Source of the DNA: an uncultured Acidobacteriota bacterium
Lineage (GTDB): Bacteria > Acidobacteriota > Polarisedimenticolia > J045
Assembly (NCBI GenBank): GCA_963702425.1
Contig: CAVPCQ010000011.1
Coordinates: 270,175 to 334,174 of the forward strand
Reading direction: 5' to 3'
DNA: 64,000 bases
How positions within the stretch are numbered: the stretch's first letter is position 1; every line of letters begins with the position of its first letter. A program made the translations under genes and the position numbers. This document shows, piece after piece, positions 42,342-52,886 of this stretch. Under the pieces are notes generated by a model. That model was not told the origin of the DNA. It was given only the letters and a program-made list of their open reading frames with translations, and made no database searches.

Positions 42342-43325
42342 ATGCGCGTCCTGGTCATCGATATTGGCGGCAACAACGTGAAGGCCTCGGTGCCTGGGCG
42401 GCACGACGTCGTGAAGGTGCCCTCCGGCAGCGGAATGACGGCGCGCCAGATGGTGACTGGTATCCGTCGCGCCACCTCCCGTTGGAACTTCGACGTGGTG
42501 TCCATCGGCTACCCGGGCCCCGTCGTCAACGGCGTGCCGGCCGAGGAGCCGGTGAACCTCGGACGTGGGTGGGTGGGATTCGATTTCGAGGGCGCCTTCG
42601 GGCGTCCGGTGCGGTTCATCAACGACGCGGCCATGCAGGCGCTTGGCAGCTACGAAGGCGGCCGCATGCTGTTCCTGGGCCTCGGGACCGGTCTCGGCAC
42701 CGCTCTCGTCGTCGACGGGATGGTGTTGCCGATGGAGTTGGCGCACCTGCCGTACCGGAAGGGGCGCAGCTTCGAGGAGTGCGTAGGGAAGGCGGGGTTC
42801 GACGAGTTCGGGCGGAAGCGATGGCGCGAGTTCGTCGTCGAGATCACGGACCTGCTGAAGCACGCGCTGCAGGCCGACTATGTCGTGCTCGGTGGGGGGA
42901 ACGTGAAGGAGCTGCGTGCGTTGCCGCCGGGAACGCGTCCGGGGGCGAACTCGAACGCCATGCTGGGCGGCACGCGGTTGTGGGAAGCGCCCGCATGGGC
43001 GAAGCAGGCCGTGCACTCGACCGCGGGGACGCCACGTGCGACACGCAAGACGGCCGGCCGGGCGGGGCCGACGCGTTCGGCACGGCCGCGGACGGCTGCC
43101 GCGACAGGGCCGGCGCCGCGGTCGACGTCGCGGTCCACCACCGCGGCGTCCACGGCGGCGAAGCCCACGTCACGGCCCGCGAAGGCGACGTCCGCGGCAG
43201 CGACGCCTTCGCGAGCCAAGACCGCGCCCTCACGCGGCAATCGCCCAAGCACCCAGCGCCAGACGACGTCCCGGACGCCTGCCGTGCCGACGTCCCGTCA
43301 CAGGCGAGGCCGCGGGCGATCGTGA
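42342..43325 (+). CDS. ROK family sugar kinase (polyphosphate glucokinase-like) with basic low-complexity tail
   Basis: [38 protein letters not shown]; last ~100 aa rich in A/T/S/P/R/K. Confidence 0.85.
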   Translation: MRVLVIDIGGNNVKASVPGRHDVVKVPSGSGMTARQMVTGIRRATSRWNFDVVSIGYPGPVVNGVPAEEPVNLGRGWVGFDFEGAFGRPVRFINDAAMQALGSYEGGRMLFLGLGTGLGTALVVDGMVLPMELAHLPYRKGRSFEECVGKAGFDEFGRKRWREFVVEITDLLKHALQADYVVLGGGNVKELRALPPGTRPGANSNAMLGGTRLWEAPAWAKQAVHSTAGTPRATRKTAGRAGPTRSARPRTAAATGPAPRSTSRSTTAASTAAKPTSRPAKATSAAATPSRAKTAPSRGNRPSTQRQTTSRTPAVPTSRHRRGRGRS

Positions 43326-43327
43326 TC

Positions 43328-43365
43328 ACCGATAGCCGACAACCGATCGCCGATCGCCGATCGCC
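43328..43365. repeat. heptamer tandem repeat (RCCGATM)
   Basis: ACCGATA GCCGACA ACCGATC GCCGATC GCCGATC between convergent genes. Confidence 0.7.
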
Positions 43366-43372
43366 TCGCACC

Positions 43373-44083
43373 TCAGTCCACGCCGCCGTGCGGCAGCACG
43401 TGCAGCGGGTCGCCGGCGGCCACCACGCGTCCCGCCGCCATCGTGACCGCGCGATCCGCGAGCGTCATCGCCTCGCCGACGTCATGCGTGACGTACACCG
43501 TCGGGATTCTCACCTCGTCGACCAGGCGGCGGACGTCCTGTGCCAGGCGCGCCCGGAGCGGGACGTCGAGCGCGGTCAGCGGTTCGTCCAGCAGCAGCGC
43601 GCGAGGCTCGTGCGCGAAGGCGCGCGCGAGGGCCACCCGCTGAGCCTCGCCGCCGGAGAAGGTGGCGGGCCGCCGCTGCGACAGGTGCGCGGCGTCCACG
43701 CGCGCCAGCATCGCCTCGGCGCGCTCCGTGCGTTCACGCGCCGGATACGTCCGGGGCACGCCGTAGGTCACGTTCTCGAGCGCCGACATGTGGGGGAACA
43801 GCGCCAGCGACTGGAACACCAGCGAGACGCGACGCCGATGGGACGCGACGTCCACGCGTGCCTCGTCGTCGAACCACACCTCGTCGCCAAGCGCGATGCG
43901 GCCGGCGTCAGGCGTGAGAACGCCCGCGATAGCTGCCAGCGTCGTGCTCTTGCCGCACCCGCTGGGTCCGACAAGCACCGTGATGCCGGGCGGCACGTCG
44001 AAGGCGACGTCGAGCACGAACGCCCCGTGATGCCGGCGCGAGACGCGCACGCGAGTCGCCAGCAGCGGGTCAGCGGTGCTCAT
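43373..44083 (-). CDS. modC: molybdate ABC transporter ATPase
   Basis: GPSGCGKST, FSGGEAQRVALARA, LLLDEP, YVTHD; operon context. Confidence 0.88.
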   Translation of the reverse strand: MSTADPLLATRVRVSRRHHGAFVLDVAFDVPPGITVLVGPSGCGKSTTLAAIAGVLTPDAGRIALGDEVWFDDEARVDVASHRRRVSLVFQSLALFPHMSALENVTYGVPRTYPARERTERAEAMLARVDAAHLSQRRPATFSGGEAQRVALARAFAHEPRALLLDEPLTALDVPLRARLAQDVRRLVDEVRIPTVYVTHDVGEAMTLADRAVTMAAGRVVAAGDPLHVLPHGGVD

Positions 44084-44735
44084 GGACGCGCGGCGTGAGC
44101 TTGTTGGCCAGGTAGAGGATCGCAACGGCGACAGCCGTGAGCACGGCAGCCATGCCGGCCGCCTGCGTGTCGCGTTGCGCCTGGATCGCGTCGTAGATGG
44201 ACAAGGCCGCCGTTTGCGTGTGGCCCGGAATGTCGCCCGCGACCATCAACGTCACGCCGAAGTCGCCGAGCGCGCGCGCGAACCCGAGCATGGCGCCGGC
44301 GGCGATGCCCGGGCCCGCCAGCGGCAGATGCACCGTCCACAGGGCGCGCAACGGATCGGCGCCCAAGGTCCGCGCGGCCTGCACCAGGCGCGGGTCCACC
44401 GACTCCAATGCCGCACGCGCGGACCGCACCACGAATGGCAGCGCACCGACGGTCGCTGCCACGGTCGCGCCAATCTGCGTGAAGACGATGGGGGACCCCG
44501 TCAGCGCCTCGAAGGCCCGCCCCGCCGGGCTGCTGCGACCGAGGAGGACCAGCAGGTAGTAGCCGAGGACGGTCGGCGGCAGTACCAGCGGCGCCGTCGT
44601 CAGGACGTCGACAAGATCGCGGCCGGGGAAGGCACGCATGGTCAAGGCCGCCGCCAGCGCGATGCCGAGCGCGGTCGCGATGATCGTCGCGACGCCGGCA
44701 ATCTTCAACGACAGCAGAAGCGGAAACCAGTCCAT
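44070..44735 (-). CDS. modB: molybdate ABC transporter permease
   Basis: PLVLPPTVLGYYLL, QAARTLGA, FARALGDFGVTLMVAGDIPG. Confidence 0.92.
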   Translation of the reverse strand: MDWFPLLLSLKIAGVATIIATALGIALAAALTMRAFPGRDLVDVLTTAPLVLPPTVLGYYLLVLLGRSSPAGRAFEALTGSPIVFTQIGATVAATVGALPFVVRSARAALESVDPRLVQAARTLGADPLRALWTVHLPLAGPGIAAGAMLGFARALGDFGVTLMVAGDIPGHTQTAALSIYDAIQAQRDTQAAGMAAVLTAVAVAILYLANKLTPRVHEHR

Positions 44736-44750
44736 CAGCCTTCGGCGGTC

Positions 44751-44778
44751 AGCCTATAGCCTATAGCCTATGGCCTGT
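44751..44778. repeat. heptamer tandem repeat (AGCCTAT)x3-4
   Basis: AGCCTAT AGCCTAT AGCCTAT GGCCTGT between modA and modB. Confidence 0.75.
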
Positions 44779-44877
44779 CGCACGGCAGAGCGGGGCCAGG
44801 TCGTACACGCGGCCTGGACCGTGGGCGCCGCCTTTCGTGCCGTCGCCCATCGGTCACAGGCCACAGCCGTGTTCCCC

Positions 44878-45702
44878 TCACTGTCCCGGCGGCGCGAACC
44901 CGTTCCGCGCGAGGATGGCCTGCCCCGGTGGCGACACGACGAAGCGCACGAACGCGGCGCCGGCGGCTGGTGAGGGACCGTTGACGCACGCGGTGATGGT
45001 CTGGCGCAGCGGCGCGTGCAGGGTCTCATCGACCGCGAGCCACGCCCCGGGCGTCGTCGCGGCCAGCGCCCGGGCGACGATGGCGACCTCGGCGTTGCCC
45101 GTGGCCGCGAACTGCAGCACCTGCTGGACGTTCTCGGCGTACACGAGGCGGGGCTCCACCGTCTGCCAGATGCCCGCCGCCACCATCGCCTCGCGGGCGG
45201 CGCGTCCGTACGGGGCGTGCTCCGGGTTGGCGAGGGCGACGTGACGGAAGCGCGGGTCGGCGAGGTCGGCCAAGGTGCGCGGGGGAGCCGCCGGCAGATC
45301 CGCGCGCCACCAGAGTGCGAGCTGTCCGCGGGCGTAGGGCTCGCGGGTGTCGGCGCGGCATGCGCCGGCTGCGATGGCCCGGTCCGCGAACGCGACGTCG
45401 GCCGCGGCGAAGGCGTCGAAAGGCGCGCCTTCTGCCAACTGGCGCGCGAGAACGCCGCTCGAGGCATACGACACGTCGACGCGTTGTCCCGTCTCGGCCG
45501 CGAACGCGGTCGCCACCTCGGGAAACGCCCGTGCGAGGTCCGCGGCCGCGGCCACGCGCACCGGCGGCGGCGTGTCTGGCGCGCGGCAGCCGGTTCCCGC
45601 CAGGGCCGTGCCCCCGACCGCACAGGCCAGCATCGCGCGCACGAAGCGCCCCGCGCGTGGCGCCACTGTCGCGACGCGAGCGGATTCAGGCGAACGGCTC
45701 AT
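44878..45702 (-). CDS. modA: molybdate ABC transporter substrate-binding protein
   Basis: VAAAADL, SSGVLARQLAEGAPFD, ANPEHAPYGRAA, ENVQQ. Confidence 0.92.
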   Translation of the reverse strand: MSRSPESARVATVAPRAGRFVRAMLACAVGGTALAGTGCRAPDTPPPVRVAAAADLARAFPEVATAFAAETGQRVDVSYASSGVLARQLAEGAPFDAFAAADVAFADRAIAAGACRADTREPYARGQLALWWRADLPAAPPRTLADLADPRFRHVALANPEHAPYGRAAREAMVAAGIWQTVEPRLVYAENVQQVLQFAATGNAEVAIVARALAATTPGAWLAVDETLHAPLRQTITACVNGPSPAAGAAFVRFVVSPPGQAILARNGFAPPGQ

Positions 45703-45759
45703 GGCACGACGATCGCCGGACGGCTGGCCACCCACGGCTCGCTGCGTCGCCATTCGTGG

Positions 45760-45972
45760 TCAGTGATCCACGCCGACGAGCACGTCGCTCGCCTTGATGA
45801 CGGCATAGGCCGGCGCGCCCACCCTGAGCTTCAGGCGCTGCACCGAGGCGTTGGTGATGACGGAGGCGACCTCGAAACCTGGTGCGACCTCGATGACGAC
45901 CTCGGCGTTGACGGCGCCGGGCACGATGCTCTTCACCGTGCCCTTGAGGACGTTGCGTGCGGACAGTTGCAT
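45760..45972 (-). CDS. molybdenum-binding TOBE protein (Mop/molbindin)
   Basis: MQLSARNVLKG, SVITNAS, AVIKASDV. Confidence 0.92.
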   Translation of the reverse strand: MQLSARNVLKGTVKSIVPGAVNAEVVIEVAPGFEVASVITNASVQRLKLRVGAPAYAVIKASDVLVGVDH

Positions 45973-46060
45973 GGAGACCCCTCTGGCCGCAGCCTATCGC
46001 CTGCGAGCCAGAGGGGCGAGCCAGTCGCGCGCGGGCCCCAGAAGCTAGCGCGTTCGGATT

Positions 46061-46220
46061 CTATTGCCCGGCGGCACGCGCGCCGAGGAACAGCGGGCGC
46101 AGCGCCACGTAGAACCGGAGTCCGCCGTTGCTGCCCGTGCTCAGCCCGCCGAAGAGGGGCCCGAGCAGGGTCTCGGCGATGATGCCGCCCGTGCCGCTGA
46201 ACTCGAACTTGGCCTTGCCG
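46061..46220 (-). CDS. C-terminal fragment of a probable outer-membrane beta-barrel (Omp85/PlpD-like) protein, cut by the junction
   Basis: Manual translation DELGKAKFEFSGTGGIIAETLLGPLFGGLSTGSNGGLRFYVALRPLF...*; ETLLGP motif and amphipathic strands. Confidence 0.5.
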
Positions 46221-46221
46221 A

Positions 46222-46746
46222 GTTCGTCGATGCACTTCTGGCGGTGATGCTCCTGGTGGCGTGCGCGTCATCGCCCCGACCATCATTACCCGCTGTAGTA
46301 CCGCCGACGCTTGAAAGTGTGTCTGCTCTCCCAACGCCGCTCGAAGTCCAGCCACCTTGCCCAGATCAGTCCCTCCGCATCCTGGATCGAAGTTGATCTG
46401 GCAAAGCAAATCGTGGCTTTGCATCACGGTGGCCGGGTCAGAACGGAGTATATGGCCTCCACAGGTGTGACGAGCGATCCGAAGTACGCGACGCCGCCCG
46501 GTCTTTACCACGTCCAAAGCAAGGAAAAAGGGGTCTGTCGAGAGCGTCGCCGGCGTGTTATTATCCGACGTCATCATGTTCGACATCCAGAACGGGAACG
46601 GCATTCATTCCAGGCCAATGGACGCCAGGGGCAAGATACTCGACGCTACGCTAGGGCAGCCGGCGACGGCCGGCTGCGTGAGGGTGGGCGAGTCGGCGAG
46701 TGTATTTGAGTTTGCGCAGATCCGTATGTGGGTGTGGATACACTGA
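46222..46746 (+). CDS. L,D-transpeptidase (YkuD) family lipoprotein, 5'-truncated and frameshifted
   Basis: Lipobox LLVAC, WIEVDLAKQ, STG, ATPPG, GIH...TAGCVRV. Confidence 0.8.
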
Positions 46747-46752
46747 CCACGC

Positions 46753-47983
46753 TCACTCCCCTGCCCTGCGCGCTGCGATACGCGGGCCGTTTCGATCCGT
46801 CCGGCCGCAGCAGCCCATAAGCCGATTCCGGTCGTTCCGCGCCAAACAGCGGCGCGATGTTGAGGTTCCAGATAATCAGCGGCCCCACCCAGGGGCGCTC
46901 GCGCCGCAGTTGAAGTGCGCGCAGCAGGTACGCCGCTTGATCGGCCTCGGTGACATCGCGCGCATACTCCCAACCGGCGGTATCCACTTCACCGAAGTTC
47001 TCAATCGACGGCCAGCCGAATTCCGTCACCCACAACGGCTTATCGATGTTGGCGTCACGCAGGATGGTTTGGTAATCCTCCAGGGTATCAAGGAAAAAGA
47101 AACTGGGGTGGCTGTTATAACCCGATCGGAGGTGCACGGCGTCGGCAGCCCGTTCGTCGGGCGGATTAGCCGCGCCATAGGGATGCACGCCGATCGCATC
47201 GACGGCCTCGCCCACGCCCGCCGCGATCATCTCGCGCAGGAATACCCGATCGTCAATCGCGTTAATCTTATCGTCGATGCCGGTCACGGCGGGCGCGCCG
47301 CTGATGACGATCGCGCCGGGATCACCTTCACGCACACCGGCGGCTCCGGCTTTGATCAGTTCCACGAACTTCGCCGCGCTCAGATCGAAACCGCGCCATT
47401 CGCGCTGCAGGTTCGGCTCGTTCCACAATTCGTAGGCCGCAACGCGGCCTTGATAGCGCGCTGAGAGCGCATGCATGAAATCGCGGAAGATCGCGAAGTC
47501 GCTCGGCGGGCCATCTTCTTCCACCGGCTCCGGGCGGCTGAAGCCCGGCGCGCGCGCCACGCTGAACAGGATCTTCAGGCCATGCTTCTGCGCTTCAGCC
47601 ACCAGGTGATCCAGCTCGCCCCAGCGATACAGGCCGCGCGCATATTCGATCGAATTCCAATCGATCTGCTGCTTGATCCAGCCCACGCCCAGATTCGCCG
47701 CTGACTGAATGCCGCTATCGCCCTCGGGCCCGATGAACTCGCCCTGCACGCCGATGTCGGGCTTGGGCACGGGCGTCGCGGCTGGCGCGGGTGTGGCCGA
47801 GTGAACCGGCGTGGGAGTCGCGGAGGCCAGCGGCGGGAGCGCTGTGGGCAACAGCGCGGCTGGCGTGGCAGTTGACTGTGGTGCAGCCGATTGCCCGCGC
47901 AGCGCGGCCAGCGAAATAATCAGCAGCAGCCCGCTGAGGGCGGCCAACCCGGCAACAAGTATGATAATCAGTCGTCGTGACAT
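46753..47983 (-). CDS. clan GH-A glycoside hydrolase (cellulase/GH5-like) with N-terminal TM and Pro/Thr linker
   Basis: YELWNEPN acid/base, IGVHPYG, WVTEFGW nucleophile, WNLN. Confidence 0.85.
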
Positions 47984-48104
47984 GCGCGCGATTGTAGCAC
48001 AGTGGAGGCTTGCCCGTACCCGCTGCAACGCAGCGGCGGGCCGCCGGGCGCAGCCGGATTCTGCAAATATCACCGGCTAAAGCCTCGAATCCGGGTAACG
48101 GACG

Positions 48105-49870
48105 TTACCGACTTTGGTTGTCAAAGTTCGTTAGCGAACGATTGACTACGCGGCCCTGCTCCAATTCGATCACGCGATCGACGTGCTCGATCACCGTGCG
48201 CCGGTGCGAGATGATGATCACCGTCCGGCCGATCATGAACGGCTCCAGCGCTGCGAGCACATGCTGTTCGGTGATCGCGTCGAGGTTGGCGGTGGCTTCG
48301 TCGAGAATCAGGATCGGCGCGTTCTTCAGGATGGCGCGCGCGATGGCCAGGCGCTGACGTTCGCCGCCGCTCAAGAGCAGGCCATTCTCGCCGATGAGCG
48401 TATCATACTTCAGCGGCAAGCCCGCGATGAAGTCGTGCAGCTGCGCCTGCCGGCACGCGTCGACGATCTGCTCGACGGTGGCGTCCGGGATTCGCCAGCA
48501 GCAGGTTGTCCGCGATAGTGGCATTGAATAGATGAATGTGTCTGCGGAACCACGCCCAATAGCGCGCGCACATCGTCGGCGCGATAAGTCCCGCAGATCG
48601 TGTCCGCCGATCGTGATCTGCCCCTCGTGATAATCCCAGAAGCGCAGCAACAAATTCACGATCGTCGATTTGCCCGATCCGCTCGATCCCACGATGGCGA
48701 CGCGGCTGCCTGCCGGGATGGTGAAACTCACGCCGTCGAGCGCCAGAGGATCGATCGGGTTGTAGCGGAAACGCACGTTGTCAAAGGCGATGTCCGTCAT
48801 GGCGAGGAGCGCTAGTTTGCGACGAAGCAATCTCCTCGACCAGGAGCAGATTCGCTGCGCTCGTCCCTTGGACTCCTGCGCCATGACGCTGGCTCAGCCG
48901 GATCAGGCACTTCCGGCGCGGCATCGATCAGCTCAAACAGGCGGCGCCCCGCGGCCTGGCTGGCCTCCAGTTGCTGCAGCGCCAGCGCCAACGGCTGCAC
49001 GGCTTCAAAACTCGCGATGGCCGTGAGCGGCAGCAGCGCCAGATACACGCCCTCGATCTGGCCGCCGCTGACCAGCGGAATCGCCAGCCACAACACGGTG
49101 AGTCGCCGCCAGGCTGGTGAACAACACCGCCAGCGCATTGCTCACGCCGCGCAGCATCGCCTGCTGTTCCTGCACGCGATTCGAGTCCGGCATTCAAGCG
49201 CAGCACTCTGGCGCGATGTTCCTGCGCCTGATCGAACGCCAGCAGATCGGCCAGGCCCTGAATCTCGTCGACCAGCATGGCGTTGAGTTCGGCCCGCGTG
49301 GCGATCAAGTGGCCCGCCGAGGTCTTGCCCAGCCAGCGCATCGTCAGCGGCAGCGCGACGCCCGTCAACAACAGGAAGATCAACAAGGCCAGCGCCAGTG
49401 TCCCATCGAACGAGCCCAGAATCAGGCAGGCCAGGATCACCACGCCCGCGGCGGCCAGCGGCGGCACCACCACGCGGATGTAGAAGTTCTCCAGCGTTTC
49501 GATGTCGGCCACGCTGCGCGCCAGCAGATCGCCGCTGCGATAGCCGCATCAAGCGCGCCGGGGCCAGCGGCTCGATCGCGCTGTAGAACCACACGCGCAG
49601 ATGCGTCAAAATGCGGAACGTCGCCGTGTGCGAGAAGTAGCGCTCGAGATAGCGGAAGACCGCGCGCAGAATCGCAAACAGGCGCACGCTGGTGATCGCC
49701 AGCGACAACTCGGAGACGTCGGTGACGAGCGCCGCTTTGGAAATGAGATAGGCCGACATGGCCATGAGGCCCACGCTGGAGCCGATGGTGACGAAGTTCA
49801 ACAGCACGGCCAGCGCCACCCACCTCTTGAACGGCGCGATGAGTTTGAGCAGGCGCGTGAAGGTGCTCAT
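48105..49870 (-). CDS. cydC: thiol reductant ABC exporter subunit CydC (frameshifted)
   Basis: SAYLISKAAL, RYLERYFSH, DIETLENFYIRV, GSSGSGKST, LSGGERQRL, LDEAT. Confidence 0.92.
48795..48888. repeat. ~94-bp palindromic repeat element inside cydC
   Basis: CGTCATGGCGAGGAG...GACGAAGCAATCTCC...CTCCTGCGCCATGACG with perfect 10-bp terminal inverted repeats. Confidence 0.75.
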
Positions 49871-51618
49871 CACTGCGCCTCCCTCGTAACTGGCGACGAG
49901 TTGCCGATACGCGCCGTTCTGCGCCAGCAGCGCGCGCGTGCTTGCCCGTTTCGATCGCGCGGCCCTGCTGCAGCACCACCACTTGATCGGCGGCGTAGAC
50001 CAGCTTCAAGCGATGCGCGATGATCAACACCGTGCGGCCGCGCAGCAGCCGATCGAGCGCGTCCTGAATCACCGCTTCGCTTTCCGCATCCAGATGCGAG
50101 GTGGCTTCGTCGAGGATGAGGAACGGCGCGTCTTTGAGAAATGCGCGCGCGATGGCGAGCCGCTGCTGCTGTCCGCCGCTCAGGCGCGCGCCCTGCTCCC
50201 CGATCGGCGTGTCATAGCCCTGCGGCAGTTTCTCGATGAATTCATGCGCGTGCGCGGCCTGCGCTGCGGCAATCACTTCGTCTTGAGTGGCTGTCGGTCT
50301 GGCCAGGCGAATGTTGTCCGCGATAGTGCCATAGAAGAGATGCGGCTGCTGCGGCACCCACGCCACTTGCGAGCGCCACGCCGCCGGATCGATTTCGCTC
50401 AGCGGTGTGCCGCCGATCGTGATCGATCCGCTGTCGCGGCTCGATGAAGCGCAGCAGCAGATTCGCCACCGTGGTCTTGCCCGCGCCCGTCGCGCCGACC
50501 AGCGCGACGTCTGCCCGTGCGGAATGTGCAGCGAGAAATCCTGCAGCGCGGGGCGTTGACCGCTGTCGTAGGCAAACGAGACCTGATCGAAGCGAATGTC
50601 CGATCGGGCAGGCACAGACGATCGGGCTGGTTGACGCGCGCGACGTGTTCGAGCGGCGTGATCGAGGATCGCAAAAATCCGATCGGCCGCCGCTTTGCCC
50701 GCCGTGCCGGCGTGATACCTAATCGCCAGTTGGCGCAGCGGCAGGAAGAATTCCGGCGTGATGATCAGCACCGCCAGCGCGCGATCGAAAGGCATGCCGC
50801 CGCTCATCAAGCGCAGGCTGATCTCGACGGCGACCAGCGCGGTGGCGACCGTGCCGCCCCACTCCAACACGAGCGCCGTCTGAAAGGCCGTGCGCAGCAC
50901 TTCCAGCGTCGTATTGCCGTAGTGCTCGCTGATCTCGCGGATGGTCTCAATCTGTTCGCGGCTGCGCCCGAACATCTTGAGCGTGGCCAGCCCTTGCAGA
51001 ATGTCGAGGAAGAAGGCGCTCATCCAGCTCGAGTTCCAGGAAGCGCCGCTCGGTGATCTCTTTGGCGCGGCTGCCGATCAGCGCGAGCAGCAAGACGAGC
51101 ACCGGGCCGGTAAAGAGCAGGATCAGCGTCGTGAGCGGATCGAGCACGAAGACGACCAGCAACACAAAGACGGGCACGAGCATGGCCAACAGGCGCGCGG
51201 GTTGATAAGACCGTGATGTATTCGTCGAGGACTTCCACGCCTTCGACGGCGGCATTGACCAGCTCGCCGCTGCGTTCGCTGTGTGTGTAGGCCGGGCCGA
51301 GCGCGAAGAGTCGCTGCGTGAGATCGGCGCGCAGGCTGCCTTTGAGGCGGCTGGCCGAGCGCTGCGCCAGCACATCGCCGCTCCAAACGATGGTCGCGCG
51401 CACAAAGGCCAGCAGCAACATGACGCCAGAAACGGCAGGACATCCGTCAGCGTCTGGTGGAGGATGAAGACGCGATTGACGACATCGCTTAGCAGCCACG
51501 CCTGGGCCACGACGATCACCACCACACCGAATCCCGCGGCGATGGCGCAGTAGAGCAAAGCGCGCGCGGCGCGGTTGTAGCAGGATCGGCTTTGGGTGGA
51601 AGACGAACGATCGGGCAA
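49870..51618 (-). CDS. cydD: thiol reductant ABC exporter subunit CydD (frameshifted)
   Basis: AQAWLLS, FLDILQGLATLKMFGR, PEFFLPLRQL, LSGGQQQRL, LDEAT. Confidence 0.92.
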
Positions 51619-51738
51619 AAGGATTGAATCACCAACGACATCTGCTACTCAAGAAACACGGGCAACACCCAGCAGCGCTGCCCATGTTTCATTTCGGTGA
51701 TTTACGATTTAAGGCATTCACGAAAGTCCTGCGGGGGC

Positions 51739-51830
51739 ATCATTCCCGCATGTTGTTAGCGGGAAACCAGCCACCGACCAGCACGGCTAATCGTCAACCT
51801 GGATGCCCGACAGAAGCGTTCGGGCATGAC
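51739..51830. repeat. bipartite palindromic repeat (TCATTCCCGC..GCGGGAA / CTGGATGCCCG..CGGGCATGAC type)
   Basis: Two inverted hairpin units, 51739-51770 and 51799-51830, in the cydB-cydD spacer. Confidence 0.65.
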
Positions 51831-51871
51831 GGTTGAGCAGTTGCGAGTCTGCAGAACTTCCCGGATTGTAC

Positions 51872-52886
51872 TTAGACTCTCGGCTCCACGATGACTTTGC
51901 CCCGGAAGAAGTAATACACGCCCGCCGTATACAACAACACCAGCGGCATGCCAATCAGCGCGATGACCAACATCACCGTCAGCGTGTTGTCGGCCGAAGC
52001 CGCGTTGTAGATGGTCAGGTTGAACTGCGGGTTGATGGTCGAGATGAGCAGGTTGGGGAACATGCTGATCGCGCCGGAGAACAGCAGCAGCGCGATCATC
52101 GCACTCGACGCGACGAACGACCAGAAGTCCTGTCCCTTGCGCCGCAGATACCACGAAACGATCAGCGCCACCAGCGCCAGCGCCGGGAAAATGATTGGCC
52201 AGACGAGTGAGATAGCGCTGCGTGATATCGCTGCGGAACGCCACGACCGCCAGCACGGCCAGCGTATTCAAGGCATAGAACACCGCCGTCAGGGCCGGAA
52301 TGATCTTGCGGAGGCGCGTGTTCAACTCGCCTTCGGTCTTCATGGTCAGGAAGATGGCGCCGTGCATGGCAAACATCGCCACCGTCGTCACGCCCACCAG
52401 CAGCGCGAAGGGCGTCAGCAGATCGAAGAGCGTCATATTGATGTTGCCGCGCGCGTCCAGCGCCACGCCGCTGATCACGTTGCCAAAAGCGACGCCCAAC
52501 AGCAGCGCCAGCCCCAGCGACGACAGCCAAAAGACGTAATCCCAGGCCGATCGCCAGCGCGGACTCTCGCGCTTGCTGCGAACTTCGATCGCTACCGTGC
52601 GCAGGATCATGACCAGCAGCACGGCCATCATCGCCAGGTAGAAACCAGAGAACAACGAGGCGTAGACCAGCGGGAAGGCCGCAAACAATACCCCGCCGCC
52701 CAGGATCAGCCAGACTTCATTGCCGTCCCACACCGGGCCGATGCTGTTCAGCAGGACGCGCCGCTCCATGTCGGTCTTGGCGACGAAGGGATGCAGAATG
52801 CCCACGCCCATGTCAAAGCCGTCCAGGATCAGATAGCCGGCGATGATGATCACGAACAAAACAAACCAAATGTCATTGAGAGTCAT
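51872..52886 (-). CDS. cydB: cytochrome bd ubiquinol oxidase subunit II
   Basis: LDGFDMGVG, IGPVWDGNEVWL, LTIYNAAS. Confidence 0.95.
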
